Shown: piece after piece, positions 27,923 to 41,860 of the stretch
How positions within the stretch are numbered: position 1 is the stretch's first letter
Layout of the letters: the number at the start of each line of letters is the position of its first letter
Assembly (NCBI GenBank): GCA_012295275.1
Contig: CM022671.1
Location: 32,116,001-32,180,000, forward strand
Length of the DNA stretch: 64,000 nt
Source: Chrysomallon squamiferum
Lineage: Eukaryota; Animalia; Mollusca
Direction of reading: 5' to 3'
Translations under genes and position numbers: made by a program
Notes under the pieces: generated by a model
Told to the model about the DNA's origin: nothing
Database searches by the model: none
The model's input: only the letters and a program-made list of their open reading frames with translations

Positions 27923-28183
27923 GTTTGTTTTGTTTGATAATAGTGGTGTAGAGCATGTCCATTAATTTTTTATCAGGATCTGCTGGATGTAGAATATTTG
28001 TTATTTGATGTTAAGTCTTCAGAGGCAGTGTTAGAATAAAGAGATCTTTTATGTTCCATCTTTTCATAAGCATGAAATCACATAATATGGCCTTTGGTAA
28101 CCAGTTGTGAAACATGAAATACACTAGAGTATCGGAGCTGCAATCCATCATACCCCAGACATGTAGATGCTGAGCTGAAACCC
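27923..28183 (-). mobile_element. Near full-length decayed tRNA-derived SINE
   Basis: gtttgttttgttt tail, conserved body (gagatcttttatgttccatc...cacataatatggcctttggtaaccagttgtg) and head (rc TCAGCTCAGCA, A-box-like), collinear with the other copies. Confidence 0.65.
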
Positions 28184-28229
28184 AATCTTATCTCAACCAT
28201 ACAGAAACATGTGTTATATCTATCTAGTA

Positions 28230-28260
<31 letters not shown>

Positions 28261-28315
28261 TAATTTATTTGAATGTGTTAATATAAAACACATATGCACA
28301 TGTACACTCATGCAT

Positions 28316-28316
<1 letters not shown>

Positions 28317-28366
<50 letters not shown>
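28317..28366. repeat. (CA)n microsatellite
   Basis: Direct reading. Confidence 0.95.
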
Positions 28367-28370
<4 letters not shown>

Positions 28371-29708
28371 ATTGGTCTTTGTCTGTTTTTCTCACAGTTT
28401 CTCTTAGTATTTATATTTAAAAAATCAATTTAAGAATTGTTACTATAAACTTTCTTATTCATTTTAGTATTTTCCTTTATTTTATTTTATTTTTTGCTTT
28501 ACTCTGATTATTAAAGTTTTTATTATATTCTTTCCTGTGATCTCAAATCGTAATAATGTGCAATGAAACAAAATACATATATACTTGTATTAGGTGTCAA
28601 TAGACTTTCGCAGGACATACATTTTCTTTATACCCAATTACACTGATGGAATGCTGATAGCTAAAAATGACATTATTAGACATTTCTAATCTTTTTCATG
28701 GCTACATATTTGTCTGACAGAGAACATTATGCCATGTGGAATATCAGGTTACCTGGAGTTTCTTGTGTGGAATGTGACTTGAACTGTCAAGGAGAAAAGT
28801 TAAACACACTGGCTGTAAGTGACACTCACAGCAGTGTTATGTTCTGAGTATTTTGTAACACATGCCTCTTAATACTTTTGTGTGAATTGTTTGAAATATT
28901 GATCAGCTGTGATCAGAGATCTCAGAGACCTAGGACAGTGTCTGAACAGATTAGGTTTTATTTACAGATGTTAAAATAGATTTTTATCTTTTATTTATTT
29001 ATTTATTTATTTTTTTATTTTTTTTTTTTATTTATTGTCATTGTAATATTAAAAAAAAAAAAAAAGTTTCTATTTTTTATTTTGTTACTGTTATCTACTT
29101 TAATTTATATTGTTTAATTCATAGGGTTAAGATTTATACATATAAACATAACTTCTTTTTTTCTTATCCATATCTTAGAATGTTTCAACCATCAGAAACA
29201 CTACATTCAAAATATTGTAATTAACAGCAAGTGATGTGCAAATCTGAAACTTGTATTTTATTAAACATTCATAACAGGCATTACAGATAAAAACACGTTT
29301 CTATAAACAACAACAAAATTTGCTTACACACCTGTTTTTATGTATGTACATGTTCATCTTCTGATTACTAATACAAAAATCTGATGGCATCAGCAACAAA
29401 AAAAAAGCTTTCACCTATGTATAAAGGTCACATCAGTGCTGTCATGTCTGAAAGCAGAGCAATCATGGGAATCAACAAAGTATTTCCGCTTGCCATCGCT
29501 AACACACAATCAGAAACAACAGTGTTCATTTTAACCGAGAATGGTTGCTAGTAGTAATATGATAAATTAGAAAATAGACAGGCATTGGTAAAAAGAAAAA
29601 TCTTCACAATGTCGGTAGTGGTCAAATTATAAATGTTTTCATTGCTGGTCAGATTAACAATATTGTCAGAGGGATTAAACTGTCTAGACAAAAAACTCCA
29701 GATAATTC

Positions 29709-29715
<7 letters not shown>

Positions 29716-29752
<37 letters not shown>

Positions 29753-29760
29753 TGTGTGTG
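29716..29760. repeat. (GT)n microsatellite
   Basis: Direct reading. Confidence 0.95.
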
Positions 29761-29843
29761 TTTATATCTTTCAGTGGTATGGGTCTTTATTTGTAGTAAT
29801 ATGTATGTTATGTACTGTTTTTTGGTTTTTCTCTTTCTCTCTC

Positions 29844-29876
<33 letters not shown>

Positions 29877-31927
29877 GTAAACATGTATGTATGTATGTAT
29901 GTATATGTATTATTTGTATGCCTGTTTATATAAATAGGTACATAATGTATGTATATACTTGTATAGCCATAACAGTGAAGTTGAATTTTTTTACAAAACC
30001 TGTCAATACAACCTGTGTACAGACATACATGTAAACCTGCTGAATACACAATAGACCCTTTAGTTAAGGCTGTATACATGACCTTGTATTGTCTAAAAAG
30101 GAAATGATTAGTTCTGATAGACATCAGTTACATTTAGTTACATCGGTAAATGATATTAAATTAAACGAATTTATATGTATTAAATACACTTATATCAGTT
30201 ATTAAATGTATTTTTAGTTAAACATACAAACATGAGTTAAATGTGTATTTTATTTGTTTACACAAGTTTTTCATAGGCTTGATATTTATGTTATCAGCTA
30301 TCATGTATCTGATAAAATTGTTAAGCTCTTTTATTTATTAATAGCATCATGGGGTTCTAATTAAACATAAAATTAACTGGGTATATTTTTTGTTATTACA
30401 GTTAATTAAATAATCATTGGCTTCATTTGTCATGACAATAATAATGTGTTGAAATATTCACAAGTAATAGTCTGAATTTTTTTTTCTTTATTCTTTATAT
30501 ATTTTTGAATTGAGTATTTCATAATAAGCTGATTTTAATTTTGTTTTATTATTATTGTTATATATATATATATAGTTTTTACATTAATGTAATAAAATTA
30601 GAGAAAAAGTAATACATAATCAATCAAAATAAAGAGAAAAACATAAAAATAAGCCTAGCTGTATTAATTTTCTCTTACAGTCACTCCAATCTCAGTCTAA
30701 GATATTTATTTATTCCTTTCTATATCTTCAATAGCATTATTTAAATCAGCTTTACTAATGCAGGTCTTTGCCTGATTAAAATAACTTTATAGAATGAATA
30801 CTAAATGGCTGTTTTAACTCAGGTGTCTGCTAAATTTAGGTAATCTCTCGTGCATGTTAATCCAGGGGCTTGATCTTTTATCAGCACCAATCTTGTAGGT
30901 GTTAAATTAAGCTTTATTATCTTCACTTCCAGCATATCAGTGTTGACCCCTCTACCTTTGGGCTTTGACATTTTCCTGTGTAATCTCCAGTTTTTTGAGA
31001 CGACCCCTGCAATGTTAACGGCTATAGGCAGGTCAGAGTGCTAGCTATTTACAGTTATGCAGTAAACCTTTGAAAACGCGAACCACTAGTGAATGTTTCT
31101 GTTGCGTGGACTATGTTGCTGGGGTAATGACACTTCTAGATAATGTAAATACCTGTTGCAATAACAGCTCGCTTAGTTTAGTTGTATAAACGAAAGAGCT
31201 GGATATGTATACAGTTGTTATTCAACAAGGCTAATCAGTAACTGTAATATATGCAGGGGGAAAATATTTGTGAATTTTTTTTTTTTTTTTTTTTTTTTGT
31301 TTTATCAATACTGCAAGTATTGCTTTTGTTACCACTTCATGGCATTGACAGGTTTCTGTTAAAATATCTCACAAATTGTAAGCTTTTAAATATTTTTCAT
31401 TGTATTAGGTTTCAGACTTGAGGGACCTGTGGCAGCTAGTTGCTGTCTTATTGTTTGTGCTTGAGTAAACTTAAGTACAGGAAGGTTAAAGTGTATTGCA
31501 AATAATTGGTAACAAATTGTCAAATTTAGTTTGGAAATGTTCAGTCACCTTAATAATTTTTTTTTTTTTTTTTTTTTTTAAGTTGATTTTAACATATCTG
31601 TTAAAACAGTAGCATAACAAAGAATTTTTAATTTTAATATTTTATTTAAAAACTGTTAATTACCTTGTTAAATTTTTGGTTTTAAATACTGTGTAATTTG
31701 TTCCACAGCTGCTAATGTCAGCAAACTTGCTTTTATTGATTTTTTTCTCTTCAAATTTCTTATTTTTGTTGATGTTTTATGCATATTACCTATATGTATG
31801 TGTGCAGGTGAGTCTCTGTGTGTGCATGCGCACTTGAGATTGATGCAGCAGGCTTGAATGAAAATGATTAAACAACTGCCTTAAGAAATATATACATACC
31901 ACTGCTCTAACTATGAACTACAACTGA

Positions 31928-31928
<1 letters not shown>

Positions 31929-31969
<41 letters not shown>

Positions 31970-32139
31970 ACACACACACCTACACACCTACACACACACA
32001 CACCTACACACCTACACACACCTACACCTACTCACACCTACACCTATACCTATACCTACTCCTACCTGTTTGCAAATACACTCTTACATACACATATATA
32101 GACACAAAATACAAAATAACTGATGGCAGAAACGGGCAA

Positions 32140-32184
<45 letters not shown>
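31929..32184. repeat. (CA)n grading into (CACCTA)n, plus a second (CA)n
   Basis: The CA run acquires cct insertions to give acacct/atacct hexamers up to ~32065; second CA run at 32143-32184. Confidence 0.9.
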
Positions 32185-32187
<3 letters not shown>

Positions 32188-33544
32188 TATACATACACTC
32201 TTACACACACAGCTACACCGACACAGTTATACATGTATATCTGTTGGCACTAGTCAGTCAAAACACCTCTACATGTTGAAAAGCTTTGTTATCACTGTGA
32301 AGGTAATTTGTCAAGTCGAGTCATTGTGTGTGTGCTGTCAGACCATCACAAACTGTTCACTGCGGAATGCCAACCCGTTCAGCTCTTGTCTTGTTTCATC
32401 TCTCTTATGTATGGGACTTTGGAGATGTGGTTAATTTGGCCACAGCAATCAATAAATCCATAGCGCTGAGCTGCATTCAGGCAATATTGAGAAAACGTAC
32501 ACAGAATGATGAAATGAAATCGGTGCAGGCTTTCAGAGATGTTAATCTTGTCAAGAGCGGATTCAGTGTTTAGAGATATTATATTAGCGGCAAGAGATTG
32601 TTTGCTTATGGCTTTGTTTTCAGTGCAGGTTGCTAGTGATAGAATCACAGAATTTGCATGTTCAGTTGTTTTTTTTAATTTTTATTTCCTTTTTGTTATT
32701 ATTATTTTTTTTATATGTAAATTTAGATCACTGGAAGTAATTTACTGCTGTATTGATTGCAGTTAGAAATTAATTTCAGTTGATGACAAAATAAGATTAA
32801 CTGAGATAAAGAAAAAAAAAATAAAGAATGAACAAGAAACAAACAAAAAACAAAACCAAAACATGTGTATTATGAAAATAATGATATTAGATAAATTATA
32901 TGACTTAACCCGAGATGTGCAGATGTATTACTTATCTGTCATTTTAAGACCATTGTTGTATCAATTTTTTTTTCTCATCCACTGACATTAATACCCTATC
33001 AAAACATTTGCATTATTGAAGTACTGAACATCACATAATTTACCCATAGCAGCTTCATCACTGATAGGAAAGGTTAAATAATTGTGGCATTAACAGTATA
33101 TAGATATATAAAATCAGCTAATATTCTGAAGATACAAATATGAGATAATTTACATTATTTCTTAACCCAGTCTCCTCAGATCAGTTATATAATCTATCAT
33201 TTGTTTATTTTTTTTAAATCTGTAATAATAACAATTAAAATAAAATTGAAATTTAAATAATAATACTACTAATAATAAAATAAACAAACACTGAATTAAT
33301 AAATTAAAATGGCAGAAACACAAATAAATCTATTTAAATTATTAAAATAAAGACATTAAAAATAGTACTGTATTTCGTTACTTATTTCCCTCAGGCCAGT
33401 ACACACCTTTCATTTGTAGAATGATTGATGATGTAATGATTAAGCTTTAATGTTTACAGTCAGATCTTTTTATCATTTATTTCAATTGGATTTTATTTCT
33501 GTTTTATGTTTTGTTAGTATTTTGATTATTATTGGTGTTGTTAA

Positions 33545-33577
<33 letters not shown>

Positions 33578-33686
33578 TACTAACAAAACAATAACTACTT
33601 TATCATCTGTCTGTCTGTCTGTAGTTTCTGTAGACTATGGTAGATCAGATATTATGGTATGAGTCCTGTTCAGTGGTAATTATTTT

Positions 33687-33688
33687 TC

Positions 33689-33774
<86 letters not shown>

Positions 33775-33806
33775 AAGTAGTAGCAGTAGCAGCAGCAGCA
33801 GTAGTA
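33687..33806. repeat. Compound trinucleotide array (CAT/TAT to TAG to CAG)
   Basis: Direct reading of the stepwise motif change. Confidence 0.92.
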
Positions 33807-34569
33807 ACTGAAAAAAGAAAAAGAAGCACAGCCACATGATCATACCTTTTACATTTCTGCAATCATTTGTGTATCACATAAGAAAAAAGGAACAAAATAA
33901 AGAATACAAATTTTTAACTCAGAGTTCACAGTAATAAAACTGGTACTTCATATTAAATTAAGCAGACTGACAGGACCTTCTTTTCACATTAAATAAACAG
34001 AGAATTAAAACTCATCCAGAGTTTGTCACAGTGGAGATTAAATAGTATCTCGTTACAGTGTATGTGACAGAAATGACAAGCTACATGACTATTCAGGTTT
34101 ACAATTGCATTAAATGTATGGGAGGCTGTGCTGTAAGCTACAGTTTGTATTTTCTTTTTAAGTTTACTTCGGAAACAGGCACACCTATCTCACACTGCTG
34201 TGTTCAAAAGCAATTCCTTCGAGCACTGGCTGGCTGGAGAATCTAAATAACAGCTGGTACAGAAAACATCTTACACCACTGGAGAAAGTGCCTGAGGCCG
34301 CCAAGGGATGGCTGCTAAATAAAAACTCCTCTTAATGAACGGGTCTTTATTGAAAACAAACCTCACAAAGAAAGCTGCCGCCATTCTGTGGCCATATGGG
34401 TGGAATTCTATTCTCACTGGTGTAACCGGAGAGGACCTGTTAGTTGAGTAGGCGCACTTCAGTGAAAAGGTGGGAGTGGACAGGTATGTGTGGGGAACAA
34501 GCAGCAAACCATCTTGTGGTCATGCTGGATGTGAGAGGAATAAAAAGGAGATGGGTGTCAGTTCTGTTC

Positions 34570-34845
34570 TCATTCATTATTTAGATGGTCCTTTTCACTT
34601 CGCTATTTAAATTGTCTGATTTAATTTACAAACTGAGATTTAATATTTTGAAAAACTGGTTAAAATCACTATTTATATGGTCTCTTTAATTCACTGTTGA
34701 AACTGTTCTCAGTCATATTCAATTGAATTCACTAAGAAAGCTTCTCTTAATCACAGTTTAGATGATCTGTTTTTAATCACTTTTTGGATTGTCTATTTTG
34801 TTTCATTATTTAGATGATCTGTTCATTTCATTATTTAGGTGGAAT
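34570..34845. repeat. Eroded minisatellite, ~26-28 bp unit (TTCATTATTTAGATGATCTGTT-like)
   Basis: tcattatttagatg at ~34574 and 34803, tttagatgatctgtt at ~34756, tcactatttatatggtc at ~34666. Confidence 0.7.
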
Positions 34846-36467
34846 AATTTGTTTTATGATTAATTTTTTTAATCGCATTTCTTTTAAGATTTGATTCAAA
34901 TTACATTTGGTTTCTAAATAGAGAATTGAAAAAATGTCATTGATGAATAAGTTGCTTTGTGAAGATGTGAAAAAAGTTGCTGTCAAATATTAATGTCTCA
35001 CTACCATTTATTCTTTAGCTTAAAAAAAATTCTTTAAAATGTCTTGTATCAATTCTTAAGGAAGTAATATAGGAAAAAGTAATAAATCCACAGTGTAATT
35101 AAATAAAAAAAAAAAGTGCAAAATAAAAAGAAGCAGAGGAAAAATGAATAATATTTAAGAAGCAAAAAATAAATAGATCAGTCAATAAATAATAAAGTAA
35201 CATGCATATTTTGGAAACCTATTAACCATTCTTTATTAGTGCAAGATAATAAAATAATGTAAATAATTTGTGTGAATTACATGTGGTCTTGGTGCACAAG
35301 TACACATGACATTATGAAAATGTTACCAACACTAACTATGATGATACTTACGATAATATTAATTATCATTATTAATTTATTAATGTATTTATTTACTGAA
35401 ATATTTACTATATGAAAATCCTTTTTCATATTATGATCTAAGATTTTGACTTAGAATTTTGAAAAAAAAAAAAAAAAAAAAAAAAAAAGGTGAAAACTAA
35501 ATAAATAAATAAGTTAAAAAAAAAAAAATTTAGAAAAAGAACATAAAAAAAAAAAAAAAAATCATTCATGTGAAGCAAGTCATCAAACCTCATTTCTTAC
35601 TTCAGATAATTTCTTCTATTATCTCGACACAATTTTTTTTAAATACATTTAGCCCATTTTAGATGGGTCATTTTATATACATAATATCTGTATCCAACAA
35701 GGCCAATGTAACAATAACCTCTGCTTAACATCTCTGAGATGAGCTCATGTAATATTTATGAATTATAGACACATAAAAGATAAAACATTATAAACGACTA
35801 CATAGATAGAGTAAATGAATCGTATAACGTCGTCTACATTGGTTATTACTGCTCTTCACAAACACAGACACCTGCATTTATTGTTGGAAAATTAGGCTTG
35901 CAGGCTTGCAGGCAGCTCTGACCTTTTCAAAGGCCTGATAATAATGACATCCTGCCAGTGCAAAATTGCTTCTTCTTCTATTCTGTCCTTCCTGATTTTT
36001 TTTATTTCCTTTTCTTCATTCTTTTTTTTTTTTTTTTTTTTCTTTTTTTATTAAGAAATGAACACCCCCCCTACTTAATTTGCACTGCACTGGCAAGATG
36101 TGTTGTTTTGTATTGTCTGTTGACCTTTCAGCTTTGCAGCCGCCCTTTTCTTCATACATTACTGGCTGTGTTTACAGTCAGCCTCACTCATTTGCATATA
36201 AGATTTATTTCTTAATAAAAGCCATTGGACTTAATTTTTTGCATATAAAAATTATTTGATTTGAAATGTTTGTTAATTTACATGTCTGAATAACTGCATT
36301 TGTTTCTTGGGGGTTTTTTGTTGTTTTTTTAAAAAGAATTAATTTAATTTATTTATCTTTTATTCTGGTCTGTTGCTTCAGTAATTTGTTAATGATTTTG
36401 TTGGCTTTAGAAGTTAATGTAGTTTTAATTTGAAAGCTCTTTGAAGTAAAATATTGTCTGAATCTGA

Positions 36468-36560
36468 ATAATGGTGCTTTTAACTGATGTGTGATGAACC
36501 ATAGGATCAGTTCTCCTTAGTTCACCCTCAAGCTTTGTTATTTATCAAAGACGATACCTT
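36468..36560 (+). mobile_element. SINE head remnant
   Basis: tggtgctttaactgatgtgtgatgaaccataggatcagttctcc; the B-box region GGATCAGTTCTCC is identical to the minus-strand reading of the copy at 4045-4197. Confidence 0.45.
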
Positions 36561-36782
36561 CTGTATTATATACAAAGAGTAATGATAACAATAGTGATCA
36601 AATTGTCATCAAGCATTATTAAAAATACAGAAATAATTTTTAATTTATAATTTTAATATATAATATTCATCCATTATTTTTGAACATTTAAAATGTTAAT
36701 ATTGTTGTGACATAATTTAAAATGCTTAATAAGTTAAATAATAATAATAATAATATTATTATTATCATTATTGTTGTTGTTG

Positions 36783-36814
<32 letters not shown>

Positions 36815-39309
36815 TGACATTTTAAAATAAAAAATTGCAAAATTTAAATTAATGGAATCTCTATATACTTACGAATACTGGTATATTCCTGGAGAAAATT
36901 CCCAACTATCTTTCTTCTAAAGATGTATGTATACAAATAAATATATTACAGATTATTCATAGCGCCCAGCATTCATTTATAATGTTTATTAACAAACAGG
37001 CCATGTAGAGCCAAAGTTCTGCCAAAATAAATAGTTGATTTGTTATTAAGAGTGAGAAGTTAATTTATCTCCAGGAATCCCCATGAGCCATTTGGCTTTG
37101 TTTACACCAAGGCAGGACGAAGATGATAATAATGTTGTATGCTCTGCTGGCTTCGGGCCAGTTGGTCTGCTCATTGTTGCAAGACACCAATATGATTACC
37201 ACGTTAGCTATGCACAATAATACCACAGCAGATGCGAGAAGGTTGCAAGGTTAATACTACAGTAAACTCGGCAGTCGTTGGTTGTTAGGGTGATGAAGAC
37301 AGAGTAACCATAGTAGTCTACTGTTTATTTCTTATGTAAAGTAATCTCTTTTAAGTTGTGGTAATGACTTGCAGAAACTGCTGCTGAAATAATTAATTTA
37401 TAAACCAACTGCATAATGCAGAATCTGAATATTTTAAGTTGTGCTACAATGCATTTTGCCATAATTTATATAAAATGATAGACATTTCTGATGATAAGAA
37501 GTAAAAAAAACACACAAACAAACAGTACAACAACACTCTTTTCTGGAATTACAGCAGTATACACATTTGACAATATTTTTACCTGATCTAGCCTTTATAA
37601 AAGACAGTGACAGGTAACAAGCTGTAAATAAAGTTAGTCTCAAATCATTACAGACAAGGATCTAGAAATGTCAGTTTATGTTTAAGCCATTCAGACATTT
37701 AATATATACATTTTACAAGAATCCTGTCTGTCCAAGATATCGTTAAGATTGTTGGAGGATTCTTTAGATAGTAGAATTTTTTTTTTTTGTCTTTCTGCAT
37801 CCATTAACTCCAGATTTGAGTGGGTAACTACAGTGTCATGGCAAAAAAGCTTAATCATTATGACATGGTTGTTTTGTGAATCCAAAAATGAAACAAAAGA
37901 AATAGATAAAATTAAATTTAAAAAAAAAAAAAAAAAAATAAATATCATATGTTGAAAATAGACTGGAAACTGAAATTAAAAGTAATGATAGCAATAATGA
38001 TTATAATTATGATGATCATAACCAGAATGACAATTCTACAAGTAAATTCACCATTTAAAATTCAAAAAAAAAAAAAAAAAAAAAAAAGAAAGAAACAAGA
38101 TAGAACAAAAAAAAATTTTTTTTTTTTTTTTTTTTAGAAACTCAGTGTCTGGTATAGTGATGGCTAAATTCCAAAATTCCTTCAAACATTTTCTCACAAG
38201 GCACTTTGTTTTTCTTCATTTTGATATTTTTTCTGAAAATGAGGAATCCTATATTTAATGTCTTTAAAAACCCATGTACAGTTAATAAAAAATTCATTGT
38301 TAACTTGCACTTAATAACAGTTCATTAAGCAATGTTCAGTTGTTGTTCAAAATATTCATCATATCATGTTGGCAAGTGATTTGCTGCAGCATAAAAGCCA
38401 GAGTTATTATTTATTTATTAAGAGATCTTTGAAAACACATAAAACCAGTGAATGTTTATTAATGGCTTGTGAACAGTTTCAGCAAACTACTCACATAAGT
38501 TTTATATGCTTAACATTTTGTTCTACATTTTGAACGTGTATTGCACGTGTGAAATGGTTTAATATTTAATAAACTATTTTTTTGTATTTTTACTTTTTAT
38601 CTTTTTAAATGTTTTATTGCTTCACATACATATATTTTTTATCCATCATGAATATTCAGAACTGGGTTTTTTATATGTAATTTTAGATGACTGATGTCTG
38701 GAAATGTGAATTATTTTATTTTTCTCTTTACTAATTATTTAAAAAGATGCATATAGCATATTGCAGTAGACGATGGTTTTCTAAAGAAATAAGTAAATAT
38801 AGATTCCACTACCAGAATAAAAAATAAATAAAAAATGGAGAAAAAAATGTTTATTTAATATTTTATATTTATATATACATCTTAAACTTTTTAATTCTTA
38901 ATTTAAACACTCTTAAAAAAGAAAGAAAAGAACAAAGAAAAATGAAGAGGATTATTACCATTATTTCTACAGCATTACTAATTACATTTTTATGGTCTTG
39001 ATAAACAGCCGAAAATACTGCTGTGATTACTACAAGAATGAAAATATCAATGTTTGTTTTCGTGAGCCAAATGGCAAAGACATATTTATACATTTTGCAG
39101 AAAGGTATATAAAAACATGGCTATCATATGCTGTACACACTGGAGGATGCAGAGAATCGTATTTCTAGTTGCAGATAAACATTAAAGGCACTGCACACTG
39201 GGAGCCAAGAGAGTAGAAATATTAATGTCTTTTTAATAAATGGTGAAAAGAACTTCACCGGTTCACTGTGAGTGCTTATGAGAGAGACAGGTGCACTTGT
39301 CATAGCAGG

Positions 39310-40020
39310 CGAAAATGGCTGCTCTTTTGACAAGTGACAAAAGATGTTGCTGTTGAGAATGTATTGAAACATGGAAGTTGTGACAAATAGATGTAAATGT
39401 GGTTCATCTGCTATACAAAAGATGCATGTGTTATAAGCCAAAAAAAGAAAGAAGAAAAACTATCCTTTTTCATATGTGACAGGAATGGTGGTTGTTGAAA
39501 ATATATTAATAGGAGAAATTTTCATAAATAAAATGTAAATAGAGTTCACTTTTTGTACATAAGATACAAAAATAGCTATAAATTCTGAGATGTGACAGAA
39601 ACAGTAGTTGTTGAGAATATATTAAATGGGCAGAATTTTCACAGATGTATATATGGTTCACTTAGTGGGCAAAAATGCAAACATTTCAATAAACAAAAAT
39701 GCTACATGTGGCAAAAGCAGTGGTTCTTGAAAATGGTGGACATTTTCACAGCTGTAAGAAGTAAAAGTAAGTAGATGTACCGTGTAGTAATAAAAATAGC
39801 TGTCCTATCTGACAAATGACAAAAGCAGTGGCTGTTGACCATGGTAATGATCTGAAAGGTGAAACTTTTAACATTAAGATGTAAATTTGGTTCTATGGCT
39901 AAGTAGTTGGCATACATGGCATAATACTCTTTTGACAGACAACAAAACTGGGCTGTTGAAGATGTACTAAATGTTGGAACATTTGATGAAAATGACAATG
40001 TGGTTCACTCTCAATGAAAC
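39310..40020. repeat. Eroded tandem array, ~6 units of ~110-140 bp
   Basis: The unit GTGACARAARCAGTGGYTGTTGARAAT...GATGTAAATRTGGTTCAC starts at 39334, 39476, 39592, 39708, 39816 and ~39939. Confidence 0.8.
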
Positions 40021-40637
40021 AACACAGTATCTAAGTTAGATTCTAACCCAAGACAATTTCTATTTACACTGTGTGGAATAATACGTGGGAGACTGTAAAA
40101 AATAAATTTTCTGCCTGCCTGCACATTCAATTTGTATGCAGACATTTTCTGCTTTAATGTGTTTGCTTTCCCCGCTGTTGTCTGTCTCCTTCTGTCCTTG
40201 TGCAGTGTGTGTCATTGGTTAGAATCAAATACAAAGATGGGAGTTTTGATGTGGATTTTGTACTTTTAAATTTAATTTAATTTTAATTTTATTCATTTAC
40301 AATAGTGGGAGCAGTAGTAATCAACCTCCCCAAACCCAAATATATTAATAATTTGTAATAGAAAGCAAATCAAAACATTACAAAAATAAGAAAACACTTT
40401 GAATGACATCACAGCACTTCCATAATCAGTCAGCAGAAATAAATGATTAGAAACAGCAGCTTGTTGGTGATTATGGTAACAGTTATTAGTTTTTAATTAG
40501 GTTTCAGAAATAGAAAATCATAATGATTTTTCTTATATTCAGTGTTTTGCCAAGAAGAAAAGGTGTAATTGACTTTTAAATATAACTAGTTATGATGGGA
40601 TGCTAATGAAACTGGAAAAGGAATTCTGATTGAGTGA

Positions 40638-40641
<4 letters not shown>

Positions 40642-40704
<63 letters not shown>
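40642..40704. repeat. (GT)n microsatellite
   Basis: Direct reading. Confidence 0.96.
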
Positions 40705-40705
<1 letters not shown>

Positions 40706-41794
40706 ATGTGCGTGAGTGCATGTGCACACATGCACATGTGCCCATGGCTGTTTGTTCATTGATGTTATGACATTTAATTAGTAGCTTAGAAATCACTTGA
40801 AAGTAATTATGCTGATAATTTTTTTAAATTCAGCTAAAAACTATTAATTACTTTTGAAAACCATAACAACACCCCCAAAAACCCAACAACAACAACAAAC
40901 AAACCAAAAAAAGGGAAAAAAGAAAAAGAATTAGAAAAAAATAAACAAACCCACTCAACCCTGACTGCATCCAGAAGAGTTTTAACTCCAGAAGAGATAT
41001 ACTTGACGGTAATTACATTTTTCACTCACTTTGTCAGTCTCTCTTCAACACTGTTGTTAATAATGCAGCAGATTTTAGCCACTGATGCTGATTTTCTTAC
41101 AAGGTCACATCAGATGCAGTATTTACTGAATCAACTCTGTGCCAGATTGGACCTCTGTTTTCTCATTTGCAGTTCTAATATAAGCTAATCCAGGCTAAAA
41201 GAGGCCATACCAGTGAAATACAACAGGCCCATTTGTCTTTTGTTGCCATAAAGCAGTTTTATATGAGTAAATGGAACTGGTAAAGGGATCATTTACTGTT
41301 GGAGTACAACACACGTAAAATAAATTGTTCAAGTTAATCGGGCAGGGTACATATCTCACAAGGGAGATGCTGTGAAGAGCATAGTTAGAGTGGTGTAGTA
41401 GGCTCCAAAATGTGATTGTTATTTTCTAAAAGGTTCGTTTGATTCAGATTCAGTAGAATTACAGTAACAGAATTTGGTGTTAAATGTATCATTCTTGGCA
41501 GCAAAGAACTGGATTTTGTTTGTTTGGTTTTTTTGTTGGTATTTTTAACTTCTTTATTTTTTGTTTGGTTTTTTTTAAATTTTTTCATTACTCGTTTTTT
41601 TTTACTTATATTTTTACTGTTAGCAGACTTTTGATATACAGTGTTTCTGGCTTACTTATATATATATATTTTTAATAATGATAGGGTAATGGACAGTTAT
41701 TATTGAATAGCAGTTAGCAATCTTTTTTAAACATTTTCAGCAGAAAGAGAAAAAACAACCAAACCCTTTCAATTAACTACTAGCTATAATAGGA

Positions 41795-41860
41795 ATTATC
41801 CCAGAGGATTGATCCTGATACATATCATTCCAATGTCTTAGCCACTAACTTCTAGCATGC
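41795..41860 (-). mobile_element. SINE head remnant
   Basis: cagaggattgatcctg (rc B box GGATCAATCC, as in the 19300 copy) ... ttagccactaact (rc AGTTAGTGGCTAA, A-box-like). Confidence 0.5.

Noticed and set aside
39310-40020. CRISPR-like repeat-spacer array
   Set aside because: Units are diverged along their whole length rather than identical repeats with unique spacers; eukaryotic context with no cas genes.
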